Source: Candidatus Latescibacterota bacterium (GTDB lineage Bacteria > Latescibacterota > UBA2968 > UBA8231). Taken from it: 64,000 nucleotides of DNA. A program made the position numbers and the translations under genes. The notes under the pieces are model-generated. The model was not told the DNA's origin, ran no database searches, and was given only the letters and a program-made list of their open reading frames with translations. This document shows positions 36,827 through 46,690 of this stretch, in pieces (position 1 is the stretch's first letter; each line of letters starts with the position of its first letter). The stretch covers positions 1,440,001 through 1,504,000 of the forward strand of contig CBDETY010000003.1 in assembly GCA_965243025.1 (NCBI GenBank), in the 5' to 3' direction.

Positions 36827-38053
36827 ATGGGAATCGAGGGACGCAGGATCCTTCTCGGGGTCAGCGGAGGCATCGCCGCCTACAAGACACCCCTGGTCGC
36901 AAGACTGCTGGTCACCGCCGGGGCCGAGGTGCGCGCCGTCATGACCCGGGCCGCAACCCGTTTCGTCACCGCGACCACCCTCGAAGTCGTGACCCGCGGC
37001 CCCGTCCACACCGACCTGTTCGAGCGCAGCGACGAGTTTCCGGTGCTCCACGTCGGCCTCGGAGAGTGGGCGGAGCTGGTGCTGATCGCCCCGGCGACGG
37101 CGAACACGATCGGCAAGATGGCCAACGGCATCGGCGACGACCTGCTTTCCTCCGTGCTGCTGACGGCCGGGGCCCCTGTCCTCCTCGCCCCGGCAATGGA
37201 AGAGGGGATGCTGGAAAACCCGTACGTGCGGCGCAACATCAGCCTCCTGCGGAAGCAGGGGGTCGGCTGGATCGACCCGGAAGCGGGGGAGCTGGCGTCG
37301 GGGGCGCACGGCAAGGGGCGCATGGCGAGTCCCGAAACGATCGTCGCCGCCTTGGGGGGATTTCTTGGGAGAGGTTCGGGACCGGAGCCGGATCTCGCCG
37401 GGCTCACCGTGCTGGTAACCGCCGGACCCACCTGCGAGGACCTCGATCCGGTCCGCTTCATCAGCAACCGCTCGACCGGCAAGATGGGGTACGCCGTTGC
37501 CGCCCGCGCCGTCCGCCGGGGAGCCGCGGTGAAGCTGATCAGCGGGCCGACGGACCTCCGGCCTCCTGCGGGGGCGGAGGTCGCGCAGGTGCGCAGCGCC
37601 GTCGAGATGCTGGAGGCCGCCCGCAAGTGGTTCGGGGAGGCCGACATCGCCGTCATGGCCGCCGCCGTTGCCGATTACCGCGCCGCCGGGTATTCGGAAG
37701 GCAAGATCGAGCGGGGGTCCGGCCGCATCAGCCTGGAGCTGGTCCCCAACCCGGACATCTCCGCGGAGCTGGGGGCGAACAAGAAGAACCGCGTGGTTGT
37801 CTCCTTCGCCATGGAGACCGAGGAGGGCAGCGCCCGCGCGCGCGCCAAGCTCGCCCGCAAGAAGAGCGACCTCATCGCCCTCAACAACCTGCGGGAAGAG
37901 GGAGCCGGGTTCGCCGTCGACACCAACGTGGTCACCCTGATCGACGCCGACGGCGGGGAAGAGGCGCTTCCCAGGATGAGCAAATTGGAGGTGGCCGACC
38001 GGCTGCTCGACCGCGCCCGGGAGCTGCTGGCGCGCCGCCGGAAATCCGGTTGA
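36827..38053 (+). CDS. coaBC: Bifunctional phosphopantothenoylcysteine decarboxylase/synthase
   Basis: LGVSGGIAAYK, APATAN, TAGPT.E.LDPVRFISNRSTGKMG, AAVADY, FAMET, GFAVDTN. Confidence 0.95.
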   Translation: MGIEGRRILLGVSGGIAAYKTPLVARLLVTAGAEVRAVMTRAATRFVTATTLEVVTRGPVHTDLFERSDEFPVLHVGLGEWAELVLIAPATANTIGKMANGIGDDLLSSVLLTAGAPVLLAPAMEEGMLENPYVRRNISLLRKQGVGWIDPEAGELASGAHGKGRMASPETIVAALGGFLGRGSGPEPDLAGLTVLVTAGPTCEDLDPVRFISNRSTGKMGYAVAARAVRRGAAVKLISGPTDLRPPAGAEVAQVRSAVEMLEAARKWFGEADIAVMAAAVADYRAAGYSEGKIERGSGRISLELVPNPDISAELGANKKNRVVVSFAMETEEGSARARAKLARKKSDLIALNNLREEGAGFAVDTNVVTLIDADGGEEALPRMSKLEVADRLLDRARELLARRRKSG

Positions 38054-38078
38054 CAGGGCATTGCGCCCCGCTCATCTT
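38050..38078 (+). promoter_or_regulatory. Putative internal promoter for udg-dnaB (TTGACA-17-CATCTT)
   Basis: -35 overlaps the coaBC stop codon; weak -10. Confidence 0.35.
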
Positions 38079-38117
38079 CGGCTCGATACCCCTCCTTCCG
38101 CACCGAGTTTTCTTCAG

Positions 38118-38864
38118 ATGGCAGCGACAGAAGGGCGCCCCGGAAACGGGGGCGATTCCCTCGTTTTCGCGGCGCGATTCCTCGAGCGGTACCTCGCCGA
38201 CCTCGTGGCATTCGAGGGGCCGGACTTCGTCCTCCCTGCCGGCTTGGAAGATGCCGGGCGGTCTCTTCCCGAAGCGGCGGAGGCGGATGCCGGGCAGGCA
38301 GACGCCTCCGGCGAGCTCGAGGCCTTCCGGGCGGAGATCTGCAACTGCACCGCCTGCCCGCTCGGGCACTCGCGGCAGAATTTCGTGTTCGGCTCCGGCA
38401 ATCCCGAGGCCGGCATCATGTTCGTCGGGGAGGCGCCGGGAGCCGAGGAGGACCGCCAGGGACTGCCGTTCGTCGGGGAGGCGGGCAGGCTGCTGACCCG
38501 GATCATCGAGGCGATGGGGCTGCGGCGGGAAGACGTCTACATCTGCAACGTCCTGAAGTGCCGGCCCCCGAACAACCGCGATCCCCTGCCCGAGGAGGTC
38601 GACCAGTGCGAGCCGTACCTGAAGCGGCAGATCGAGATCGTGCAGCCCCGCATCATCTGCGCCCTCGGGCGGGTCGCTTCGCAGGCCCTGCTCAGGACGC
38701 AGTCGCCCCTGGGGTCGCTGCGCCGCACCCTGCACCAGTACGAGGGGATTCCCGTGATCGTCACCTATCACCCGGCTGCCCTGTTGCGCAACGCCGGTTA
38801 CAAGAGGCAGACCTGGGAGGACGTCAAGTGGCTCAGGCGCCAGTACGACGGGGTGGAGCTGTGA
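38118..38864 (+). CDS. Family 4 uracil-DNA glycosylase ([4Fe-4S])
   Basis: [43 protein letters not shown]. Confidence 0.92.
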   Translation: MAATEGRPGNGGDSLVFAARFLERYLADLVAFEGPDFVLPAGLEDAGRSLPEAAEADAGQADASGELEAFRAEICNCTACPLGHSRQNFVFGSGNPEAGIMFVGEAPGAEEDRQGLPFVGEAGRLLTRIIEAMGLRREDVYICNVLKCRPPNNRDPLPEEVDQCEPYLKRQIEIVQPRIICALGRVASQALLRTQSPLGSLRRTLHQYEGIPVIVTYHPAALLRNAGYKRQTWEDVKWLRRQYDGVEL

Positions 38865-38883
38865 CGGCAGGGAGAGGATCGCC

Positions 38884-40269
38884 GTGAGCCAGGGGAGACC
38901 GGCAAACGGCCGCGGCCTCGAACGCCTGCCGCCGCAGGCCGTCGACGTCGAGCAGGCCGTCATCGGGGCCATGCTGATCGATCAGCGGGCCGTCGGGCGC
39001 GCCATCGAGATTCTCGACGAGGGCTGTTTCTACCACAATCCCCACGCCAGGATCTTTTCCGCCATCATCACCCTCTACGATCGCAGCGAGGCAATCGACC
39101 AGCTCACGGTCAGCGAGGAGCTCAAGAAACGCGGCGAGCTCGAGGAAGTGGGGGGCCTGGTCTACCTCGCGACCCTGGCGGCGGAGGTCGCCACAGCGGC
39201 CAACATCGATCACCACTCTCGAATCGTCCTCGACAGGGGGCTCAGCCGCTCCCTGATCGAAGCCGCGGCGCTGATCAGCGACCGGGCGTTCGAGGGCAGG
39301 ACCGACGTGTACGAGCTCCTCGACTGGGCGGAGCAGCGGATCTTTTCGCTCTCGGAAAGAAGGCTTTCCAGCGGCTTCGAGAGCATCGAGTCGGTCCTGC
39401 ACGGAACCATCGAGCAGATCGAGCAGGCCCACCACCGCGACTCGGCGGTCACCGGCGTCGACACCGGTTTGACCGACCTCAACGACCTGACGTCCGGCCT
39501 GCAGAACGGGGACCTCGTCATCCTCGCGGCGCGTCCGAGCGTCGGCAAGACGGCGCTGGCCCTGAGGATAGCCCGCAACGCCGCGGTCGAGGCCGGGACC
39601 GGGGTGGGGATCTTCAGCCTCGAAATGTCCAAGCAGCAGGTCGCCCAGCGGCTGCTCTGCCTCGAGACCCGGGTCGATCTGCACAAGCTGAGGACCGGCC
39701 GCCTGCGCGACGACGACTGGATTCGCCTGACGCAGCAGGTAGGCGTGCTGGCCCAGGCGCCGATCTTCGTCGACGATACCCCGGGCATCACCATCCTCGA
39801 GACGCGCGCCAAGGCCCGGCGCCTGAAGCGCGAGCACGGGGTCGACCTGATCGTCATAGACTACCTCCAGCTGATGGGAACCCACGTGAACGCCAACAGC
39901 CGCGAGCAGGAGGTTGCGCAGATCTCGCGGGGGTTGAAGGGGCTCGCCAAGGAGCTCGACACACCGGTGCTCGCCCTGTCGCAGCTGTCGCGGGCCCCCG
40001 AGGCGCGCACCGGCGGGCGGCCGCAGCTCTCCGACCTGAGGGAGAGCGGCTCCCTCGAGCAGGACGCCGACGTCGTGATGTTCATCTATCGCCCGGAGAT
40101 GTACGCGAGGCCGGAAGAGGCCGACGGCCAGGAGGGGGTCGCCGAGGTCATCGTCGGCAAGCAGCGCAACGGGCCTACCGGCTCGGTGAAACTGATGTGG
40201 AACGCAGCCTGCGCCTCTTTCGAGGACCTCGCTCCCGAGTACCGCATAGAGCAGGAGGAGGAGTTTTAG
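38884..40269 (+). CDS. dnaB: Replicative DNA helicase
   Basis: LPPQAVDVEQAVIG, AARPSVGKT, FSLEM, IDYLQL, LSQLSR, DLRESGSLEQDAD, KQRNGPTG; no intein seen. Confidence 0.97.
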   Translation: MSQGRPANGRGLERLPPQAVDVEQAVIGAMLIDQRAVGRAIEILDEGCFYHNPHARIFSAIITLYDRSEAIDQLTVSEELKKRGELEEVGGLVYLATLAAEVATAANIDHHSRIVLDRGLSRSLIEAAALISDRAFEGRTDVYELLDWAEQRIFSLSERRLSSGFESIESVLHGTIEQIEQAHHRDSAVTGVDTGLTDLNDLTSGLQNGDLVILAARPSVGKTALALRIARNAAVEAGTGVGIFSLEMSKQQVAQRLLCLETRVDLHKLRTGRLRDDDWIRLTQQVGVLAQAPIFVDDTPGITILETRAKARRLKREHGVDLIVIDYLQLMGTHVNANSREQEVAQISRGLKGLAKELDTPVLALSQLSRAPEARTGGRPQLSDLRESGSLEQDADVVMFIYRPEMYARPEEADGQEGVAEVIVGKQRNGPTGSVKLMWNAACASFEDLAPEYRIEQEEEF

Positions 40270-40439
40270 CGCCCGGTTCCGGGTGAATCGGGCGGCGGCT
40301 CCCTCGCAGGTTACATTCTGCGCTGCCGTTCGCCGGGGCAGGCCTTCGGGAAAGGGGGATTCCTCCCTCTCCGGGGGTGCCGCCCTCGAGGTCGCTCCTC
40401 GGCGCAGCCGGACTCACCCTTGCCAGCGAAAGTGTTCCC

Positions 40440-41435
40440 ATGCCCGACCGTCCGGAAGTAATCCTCAGCGGTTTCGCCGACGAAGGTCCCGAAGACAAGA
40501 AGGCCGAGGCGCAGCTGGCCATGCTCGCCGCCCTCGGAATGAGCTACTACAGCCTGCGCTGGATCGATGCCGGGCAGGGGGTCAGGAACGTCATGGAGCT
40601 GACCCGCCCCGAGATCGACAGCCTGCGGGAGCTGCACGCGCGTTACGGGGTGCGCGTCTCCTCGATCGGCTCACCGATCGGCAAGGTGAAGCTCCTCGAC
40701 CGCGAGGACGGCTCGACCAACCGCTACGTCCCGTTCGCCCGCTACCTGAGAGAGGAGGTCGCCCGCGCCGTCGATCTGGCCGGGGAGTTCGAGACCAGGC
40801 TGATCCGGGGATTTTCATTCTACCATCCCCGCGGCGAGGACCCTGCGGGGTACGTCGACGCGGCGGCCGACAGGCTGGGGGAGATCGCGGAGCTCTGCCA
40901 GCGCCGCGGCGTCTTCTTCGGACTGGAAGTGGAGGCGAACCTCGTGGGGCAGTCCGGTGACCTGCTGCGCGCCCTGCACCGCAAGGTGAAGAACCCGCAC
41001 CTGCTGCTGATCTTCGACGGCGGCAACCTGTCGAGCCAGAACCTCACAGCCGTCGAGACCTTCGAACAGTACCGCGCGATGCGGGACGGCATCGGCTGGC
41101 TGCACGTGAAGGACTACAGGATCGATCCCGCCCTGGAGTGGAAGGGGTTCGTCGACGAGGAGCGGCTGGAAAACTTCGTCCCGGCCGACCGCGGGGACTC
41201 GGGGCACGAGGCGATCCTGCTCGATTTCAGGAACCGCATCCCCGCTCTCGCCAGAAAGCTCAGGCGCCTCGGAATCCCCGGGGTCTTCCTCGACCTCGAG
41301 CCCCATCTCAGGGGGGGAGGACAGTTCGGCGGCTACAGCGGCGTCGACGGCTTCGGGGTCGCCCTGCGCAGCCTGACGCGGCTTCTCGACTACGTCGGCA
41401 TCGATTACCGGCTGACCGGCTACGAGGATCTGTAA
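40440..41435 (+). CDS. Sugar phosphate isomerase/epimerase (xylose isomerase-like TIM barrel)
   Basis: LSGFADE, SSIGSPIGK, RGFSFY, FDGGN, LHVKD, LEPHL. Confidence 0.8.
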   Translation: MPDRPEVILSGFADEGPEDKKAEAQLAMLAALGMSYYSLRWIDAGQGVRNVMELTRPEIDSLRELHARYGVRVSSIGSPIGKVKLLDREDGSTNRYVPFARYLREEVARAVDLAGEFETRLIRGFSFYHPRGEDPAGYVDAAADRLGEIAELCQRRGVFFGLEVEANLVGQSGDLLRALHRKVKNPHLLLIFDGGNLSSQNLTAVETFEQYRAMRDGIGWLHVKDYRIDPALEWKGFVDEERLENFVPADRGDSGHEAILLDFRNRIPALARKLRRLGIPGVFLDLEPHLRGGGQFGGYSGVDGFGVALRSLTRLLDYVGIDYRLTGYEDL

Positions 41436-41647
41436 CCTGCGGCGGGCGGGGCAGCCCGGCCCGGGCTTCTCGACGGGGTCGCCCCGCTGCCTGCGATTTC
41501 CTGCGACACCCTCTGACCGCGGCCTTCCGGCCGGTCGGAGGGCGCCAGACCGAAGTTTTCGTGACCGCAGGAGGATTTCCTGCCGGTCCGCGCAACCGGG
41601 CCTGCCGGCCCGTGACGACGGACGGACCTGGGCGCCGGCAGTGGAAG

Positions 41648-41889
41648 CCAGTGTCCCGTCGCAGAGACAGATTGACAGAATCGGGATGCCGAGGCGCCCG
41701 GCTCACAAGACGCCTGAGCGAGTCGTACCGAGGGTGTACGGCGAGCGAAGGCAACGCCGTGAGCCGGGATTGAGGGAAAAAATCGCACCGGGTTAGGGTT
41801 TCCTTAAACCGCGGTTTTTCCCCTCGAGGTTTTCCCCTCAAATGGATCGGCGTCTCATTGCCGGCCTGTTTTCTGCGACGGGACGCTGG
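41648..41889 (-). mobile_element. MITE-like element copy 3 (reverse orientation, with nested insert)
   Basis: Reverse complement of the 168-bp element, CCAGTGTCCCGTCGCAGA ... TCTGCGACGGGACGCTGG, interrupted at 41770-41841; ends next to the stop of the minus-strand enolase gene. Confidence 0.85.
41770..41841. repeat. 72-bp palindromic insert nested in MITE copy 3
   Basis: TTGAGGGAAAAAATCGC...GCGGTTTTTCCCCTCGA-GGTTTTCCCCTCAA; absent from the other three copies at the homologous GGGA/TGGATCGG position. Confidence 0.75.
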
Positions 41890-41890
41890 G

Positions 41891-43123
41891 TCAGCGCCCC
41901 CCCGCGACCAGCTTCTCGTGCTCCCTGGCAAAGCTCGAGCTGCCGTCGTCCTCGATGACCTCCAGGCCGACGCCGCCCTCGAAGCCGGGGATGCTCCCCT
42001 TGTAGAACTCCTGCTGGTAGTTCGACTCGTGGGTGAAATCCAGGGTGCGCCTGCCGCCTCCCGACCCGGGCCAGCTGATCCGGAGAATGCGCTTCCGCGC
42101 CCGGTACTGGTTCGTCGGAATGGGCGCCCCGGGATCGACCCGGTAGCGCTCAATGGCGCCCTCGTCGACCTCGACCCCCAGGCCGGGGGCGTCCGACACC
42201 GCCGCGTACCCGTCGGCGATTTCGAGCCTCTCGTTCAGCAGGTCGTGTTCCCACAGCTCGCTGCAGGTGATGTAGGGCAGCTGCGCGTGCGACAGGGTCG
42301 AGCCCAGCTGCACGGCGAAGGCGGTAGTCAGTCCGGTTCCGACCAGCTGCAGCCAGAACGGCTTGTTGAAGCTCGCCGCCAGGGCGTTCTGGTCCCGGCA
42401 CCCGGAGATGCCGCCGCCGACGACGAAGCCGTCGCTGCAGTGGGCGTGAAGAACATCTTCGCGGAAATGCTCGACGATCGGTTTGCGCACCCGCTCGCGC
42501 AGAATGCGTGCTCCCGTGAGGTCGGTCCCGAGGTAGAAGGGGCTCTCGTACATGCCGACGTTGGGAACCTCGTCCAGGCGCTGCAGCATCACCTCGGCTC
42601 GGGAAGAATTGAGCAGGAAGCCGTTGAAATCGACGTCGAACTTGTAGTCGGCGGGCACCACCTCGCTCACGGTTTCCACCTGCTCGACGATGTCCCACCA
42701 GGGCCGCGCCTTCATCTTGAAGCAGGTGTATCCCCGGGAGATCGACTCCTTTGCCTCCAGGGCCCAGTCGCCGGGGGACATGTCGATGTCCCACCAGGAA
42801 ACCGGGCAGCGGTCCCTGAGCCTGGTGCCGATCAGGGCGTGCGCGGGGGTCCCGGTGGCGCGGCCGACCGCGTCGACGACCGCCATCTGCAGCCCCTGTC
42901 CCAGGCCGTCGTCCTGCATGACGGCAAGCGGGTTGACCCCGTCCAGGCGCTCGAGGTCCCCCCCGCTGCCTCCGTCTCCGTATCCGACGCTGCCGTCGTC
43001 GAGCTCCACCCGGTAGACGTGCACCCGCTCGTTATGGGTCATGGCCCTCTGCATGGCGCGGGTCACGTGCCCGGCGTAGAATGGGATGTTGAGGACGATT
43101 TCCTCCGCTCGCGCGATTTTCAT
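41891..43123 (-). CDS. Mandelate racemase / muconate lactonizing enzyme family protein
   Basis: ATG at 43123; GSVGYGD, DAVGR..G.P...LIG, FKMK, DFN, YESP, VEH, PGLGVEVDE. Confidence 0.85.
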   Translation of the reverse strand: MKIARAEEIVLNIPFYAGHVTRAMQRAMTHNERVHVYRVELDDGSVGYGDGGSGGDLERLDGVNPLAVMQDDGLGQGLQMAVVDAVGRATGTPAHALIGTRLRDRCPVSWWDIDMSPGDWALEAKESISRGYTCFKMKARPWWDIVEQVETVSEVVPADYKFDVDFNGFLLNSSRAEVMLQRLDEVPNVGMYESPFYLGTDLTGARILRERVRKPIVEHFREDVLHAHCSDGFVVGGGISGCRDQNALAASFNKPFWLQLVGTGLTTAFAVQLGSTLSHAQLPYITCSELWEHDLLNERLEIADGYAAVSDAPGLGVEVDEGAIERYRVDPGAPIPTNQYRARKRILRISWPGSGGGRRTLDFTHESNYQQEFYKGSIPGFEGGVGLEVIEDDGSSSFAREHEKLVAGGR

Positions 43124-43156
43124 GGTTCGAAGCCTCTTTCCGGATTGGTGTCGCAA

Positions 43157-44647
43157 GTGAGTTCCAAGTATACGGAGTTTCTTCGCCTCTCCAGAGAACT
43201 GGCCGATCTCGGCCACGCCCGCGCCCTGTTGAGTTGGGACCAGGAGACCTGCATGCCGCGGCGGGGAGCCGATGAGAGAGCCCGCAGCATCGGACTGCTC
43301 GCCGGGCTGTACCACGAGAAGCTGACCTCCGGGGCCCTCGTCGACCTGGTGGGAGAGCTTTCGGCGAACCCCCTCGATGCGGACGCGACAGCCAACCTGC
43401 GCCTGGTCGGGCGCGAGCAGGACCGGGCCCTGAAGATCCCGCAGCAGCTCGTCGTCGAGCTCTCCGAGACGCAGGCCCGCGCTCACGAGGCCTGGGTCGC
43501 CGCCCGGGAAAAGGCGGCGTTCGGCGAGTTCGCCCCCTGGCTGGAACGGATTCTCGAGCTGCAGGGGAAGGTCGCCTCCCTGGTCGGGTACGCGGGCTCG
43601 GCCTACAACGCCTTTCTCGACGAGTACGAGCCGCACGCGCGGGTCGAGGAGGTCGCGCCCCTGCTCGGGGAACTGCGCGACCGGCTGCTGCCCCTTGCCC
43701 AGGCGATCCTGTCAAAGGGGAGGCCAAGGCCTGAACTTCTCGAACGGGAGTTCCCGACCCAAGCCCAGGAGGCGTTCGGACGCGAGGTCCTGGCGGATCT
43801 CGGTTTCGACCTGGAGGCCGGCCGCCTCGACGTCTCCGTTCACCCCTTCTGCTCCGCACTGGCCCCGACCGACGTCCGCCTGACGACGCGCTACAACTCC
43901 CGCCGGATGACGGAGTCCCTGTTCGGGATCATCCACGAATGCGGCCACGGCCTGTACGAGCAGGGCCTGCCCGGAGAGGCGATGGGAACCCCGGTCTGCC
44001 AGGCCGTCTCCCTCGGCATCCACGAGTCGCAGTCGCGCCTGTGGGAGAACATGATCGGGCGCAGCCGCGAGTTCTGGGAGCATTACCTGCCGAAGCTGAA
44101 GAGCCGCTTCCCCGGGCAGCTCGAGGATGTGGGGATCGAGCAGTTCCACGCCGCGGTCAATCACGTCGAGGCCACCCCGGTCCGGGTCGAGGCGGACGAG
44201 GTGACCTACAACCTGCACATCCTGCTCCGCTTCGAGCTGGAGCAGCAGCTGGTCGGCGGGCAGCTCGCCGTCGCCGAGCTGCCGGAGCGCTGGAACGACC
44301 TCATGGAAGACTTCCTCGGAATCCGGCCCGAAAACGACGCCGTCGGCGTGCTTCAGGACATCCACTGGTCTTCCGGTCTGATCGGCTATTTCCCGACCTA
44401 CTCGCTCGGTAACCTGTACGCCGCCCAGTTCTTCGAGTGCGCCCGCGTCCGGATGCCCGGACTGATGCGGGATGTGGGCAGGGGGGAGTTCTCCGGACTG
44501 CTGGGCTGGCTGCGCGACAACGTCCATTCCCGGGGAGCCCGGCCGACCGCAGGGGAGTTGATCGAAGAGGTCACCGGGGCGCCGCTTTCGACCGGTCCCC
44601 TGATGGCATACCTGGAAGGCAAGTACGGGGAGCTGTATTCCCTCTGA
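43157..44647 (+). CDS. Carboxypeptidase M32
   Basis: LLSWDQET.MP, HPF, DVRLTTRY, HECGHGLYEQG, HESQ, RVEADE, QDIHW, GYFPTY. Confidence 0.93.
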   Translation: MSSKYTEFLRLSRELADLGHARALLSWDQETCMPRRGADERARSIGLLAGLYHEKLTSGALVDLVGELSANPLDADATANLRLVGREQDRALKIPQQLVVELSETQARAHEAWVAAREKAAFGEFAPWLERILELQGKVASLVGYAGSAYNAFLDEYEPHARVEEVAPLLGELRDRLLPLAQAILSKGRPRPELLEREFPTQAQEAFGREVLADLGFDLEAGRLDVSVHPFCSALAPTDVRLTTRYNSRRMTESLFGIIHECGHGLYEQGLPGEAMGTPVCQAVSLGIHESQSRLWENMIGRSREFWEHYLPKLKSRFPGQLEDVGIEQFHAAVNHVEATPVRVEADEVTYNLHILLRFELEQQLVGGQLAVAELPERWNDLMEDFLGIRPENDAVGVLQDIHWSSGLIGYFPTYSLGNLYAAQFFECARVRMPGLMRDVGRGEFSGLLGWLRDNVHSRGARPTAGELIEEVTGAPLSTGPLMAYLEGKYGELYSL

Positions 44648-44866
44648 TATCCGCCCGTGATCCACCCTCGGCGGCGACCGGGCTTCAGGGCGAGTTGTCC
44701 GACAGGCCGCCGACCGCGTTTCCGAAGGCTGTTCCCGGTGGGCAAGGCCAGGCACCGCCCCCGGATGCCCCGGGCGGGTTTCCCGGGTCTCTCGGTGTTT
44801 CCGCGGTCTTGCCCGCGATTGTCCCGGGAACAACAGGGGGGCAATGAGCCGGCGGCGGCCCCCTTC

Positions 44867-45895
44867 TCACCCGATGACCGCCGCGAGCAGGCGCAGGTGG
44901 TTGCCGCCGAGGATGCCTGTCAGGGCTTCCTCTCCGAACCCGCGCCCCGCGAGCCCGGCGGTGATGCGCGGGAAGTCGGCGGCGCTCTCCAGCAGGGTCC
45001 CGCCCCCGTCGAAGTCCGACCCCAGTCCGACCGCACCGGGGCCGGCCACTGACACCGCGTGCTCGATGTGGTCGAGCAGGTGGGACAGGCCGGGGTTCTC
45101 CCCGGCGAGGAACCGGGGCACGAAGGTCAGGCCGACGACCCCCCCTTTTTCGCCGAGTGCGCGGAGTTGATCGTCGGTGAGGTTGCGCGGGTGCGCGCAC
45201 AGCCGGCGGCAGCAGCTGTGAGAGGCGACCACCGGGCCGCTCGAGAGCTCGAGAACGTCCCGGAACCCGGCGTCGTTCAGGTGGGACACGTCGATCAGCA
45301 TGCCGCGCCGGTTCATCGCGGCGACCACCTCGCGTCCGAACCCGGTGAGGCCGCCGCCGGAGACGACCTCGCAGCCGTCGCCGGCGTGCGAGCGCGTGCT
45401 GTGGGTCAGGGTCATGGTGCGCACCCCGATATCGTACAGGGAGTCGATGATGTTCAGGGTGCGGTGCAGGGCGTCGCTGTTCTCGACGGCGAGGACCGCG
45501 GCGATGCGCCCGCGTTCCCTGGCCGCGGCAATGTCCCCTGCGGAAAGGGCCAGCTCGATGTCGTGGGGGTGCCGGGCGATCTCCCTCTTGAGCCATGCCA
45601 GACCGTCGAGGGCGTAGAGCAGATGGTTTTCCCAGGCGTTGGTGACGTCGACGGCGAAAAAGGCGGCATCGATGCCTCCCTGGCGCATCGAGGGGATATC
45701 GAGCTGCAGCGGGGAGACCTCGGGGTCGATCTGCTCCCGCAGGCGGCTGATCGCCCCGCCCCTGCTGCTGAGGTCCCCGGACCGCTCTCCCGCCAGTCCG
45801 GTGTTGCCGCGGAGGATATGGCCGACGGCGGTGTCGTTGTGCGAATCGAGGACAAGGGCTCTGCGGTGCAACTGGGCGGCATCGATCATCGCCAA
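44867..45895 (-). CDS. Membrane dipeptidase (M19)
   Basis: DSHND, AVEN, TLTH, GLTGFG, IDVSH, ASHS, HPRNLTD, GSDFDG. Confidence 0.9.
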   Translation of the reverse strand: MAMIDAAQLHRRALVLDSHNDTAVGHILRGNTGLAGERSGDLSSRGGAISRLREQIDPEVSPLQLDIPSMRQGGIDAAFFAVDVTNAWENHLLYALDGLAWLKREIARHPHDIELALSAGDIAAARERGRIAAVLAVENSDALHRTLNIIDSLYDIGVRTMTLTHSTRSHAGDGCEVVSGGGLTGFGREVVAAMNRRGMLIDVSHLNDAGFRDVLELSSGPVVASHSCCRRLCAHPRNLTDDQLRALGEKGGVVGLTFVPRFLAGENPGLSHLLDHIEHAVSVAGPGAVGLGSDFDGGGTLLESAADFPRITAGLAGRGFGEEALTGILGGNHLRLLAAVIG

Positions 45896-46116
45896 TCTCC
45901 TGCCCTGACTGGTTTCCCGGTTGGCAGCGGAGTTTCTGTTTCAGTAACCACGAGCGCCGAAGCGATGCTGTCCCGGCTGGCTGCCAGGGCCGGACAGGCA
46001 GCCAGGCGACGCCCGCCCCGGCCTCCACGAAGCGGCGATGCCAACGGCGAGGCAGACAAGCAGCGCAGGCAGAGCGGCCACCGGGAACCTGGCGGGGAGG
46101 ATGCGGGTCGAGGTGT

Positions 46117-46650
46117 TCAGCGGTCCCGGTCCAGGGCGATGCGGCTGCCGGTGGCCTTGCTCTGGAACTGGTACTTGCCGCGGTAGGGGTTGGAAGCGGA
46201 GCGGTCGAGCCGCGCGAACACCAACTGGCAGATGCGCCTGCCTCTGTGCAGGCGGATCGGCAGGCGGTTGGCGTTGAACAGCTCGAGGGTCAGGGTGCCG
46301 GAAAAGCCGGGATCGACCCAACCGGCGTTCTGGATGAAGAGGCCGATGCGGCCGATGGAGCTGCGCCCCTCGACGAAGGCGGTCAGGTTGTCGGGGAGCC
46401 GGATCGACTCGAGGGTCGCGGCCAGCAGGAAGGAGTGGGGGGGGATCACGATTTCCTCCCGGTGCAGCTCCTGGTAGCTGATCTCCTGATCGAGCCGCAT
46501 CGCCTCAAGGCGGTTTTCGTCCACCTTGAGGAAGTGATCGCTCAGGCGCAGGTCGATGGAAGCCGGCTGGATCTGGTCCGGGGTGTGGGGATCGACCCCG
46601 AGCTCTCCGGCGGCGAGCAGGTCGCGAATGGCGCCGTCGGAAAGGATCAT
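46117..46650 (-). CDS. dcd: dCTP deaminase
   Basis: MILSD, IQPASIDLRL, EGRSSIGR.G, AGWVDPGF.G.LTLE, RICQL, YRGKY. Confidence 0.93.
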   Translation of the reverse strand: MILSDGAIRDLLAAGELGVDPHTPDQIQPASIDLRLSDHFLKVDENRLEAMRLDQEISYQELHREEIVIPPHSFLLAATLESIRLPDNLTAFVEGRSSIGRIGLFIQNAGWVDPGFSGTLTLELFNANRLPIRLHRGRRICQLVFARLDRSASNPYRGKYQFQSKATGSRIALDRDR

Positions 46651-46690
46651 CGAACCGGGCAGAAGGAGCCGCGGCAGGCGGTCCTGGCCA

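Noticed and set aside
38884-40269. Possible intein in dnaB
   Set aside because: The 461-aa length and contiguous motifs leave no room for an insertion
41436-41647. GC-rich intergenic region with several possible hairpins
   Set aside because: No recognisable ncRNA or riboswitch motif; hairpins are expected at this GC content (an Rfam scan would settle it)
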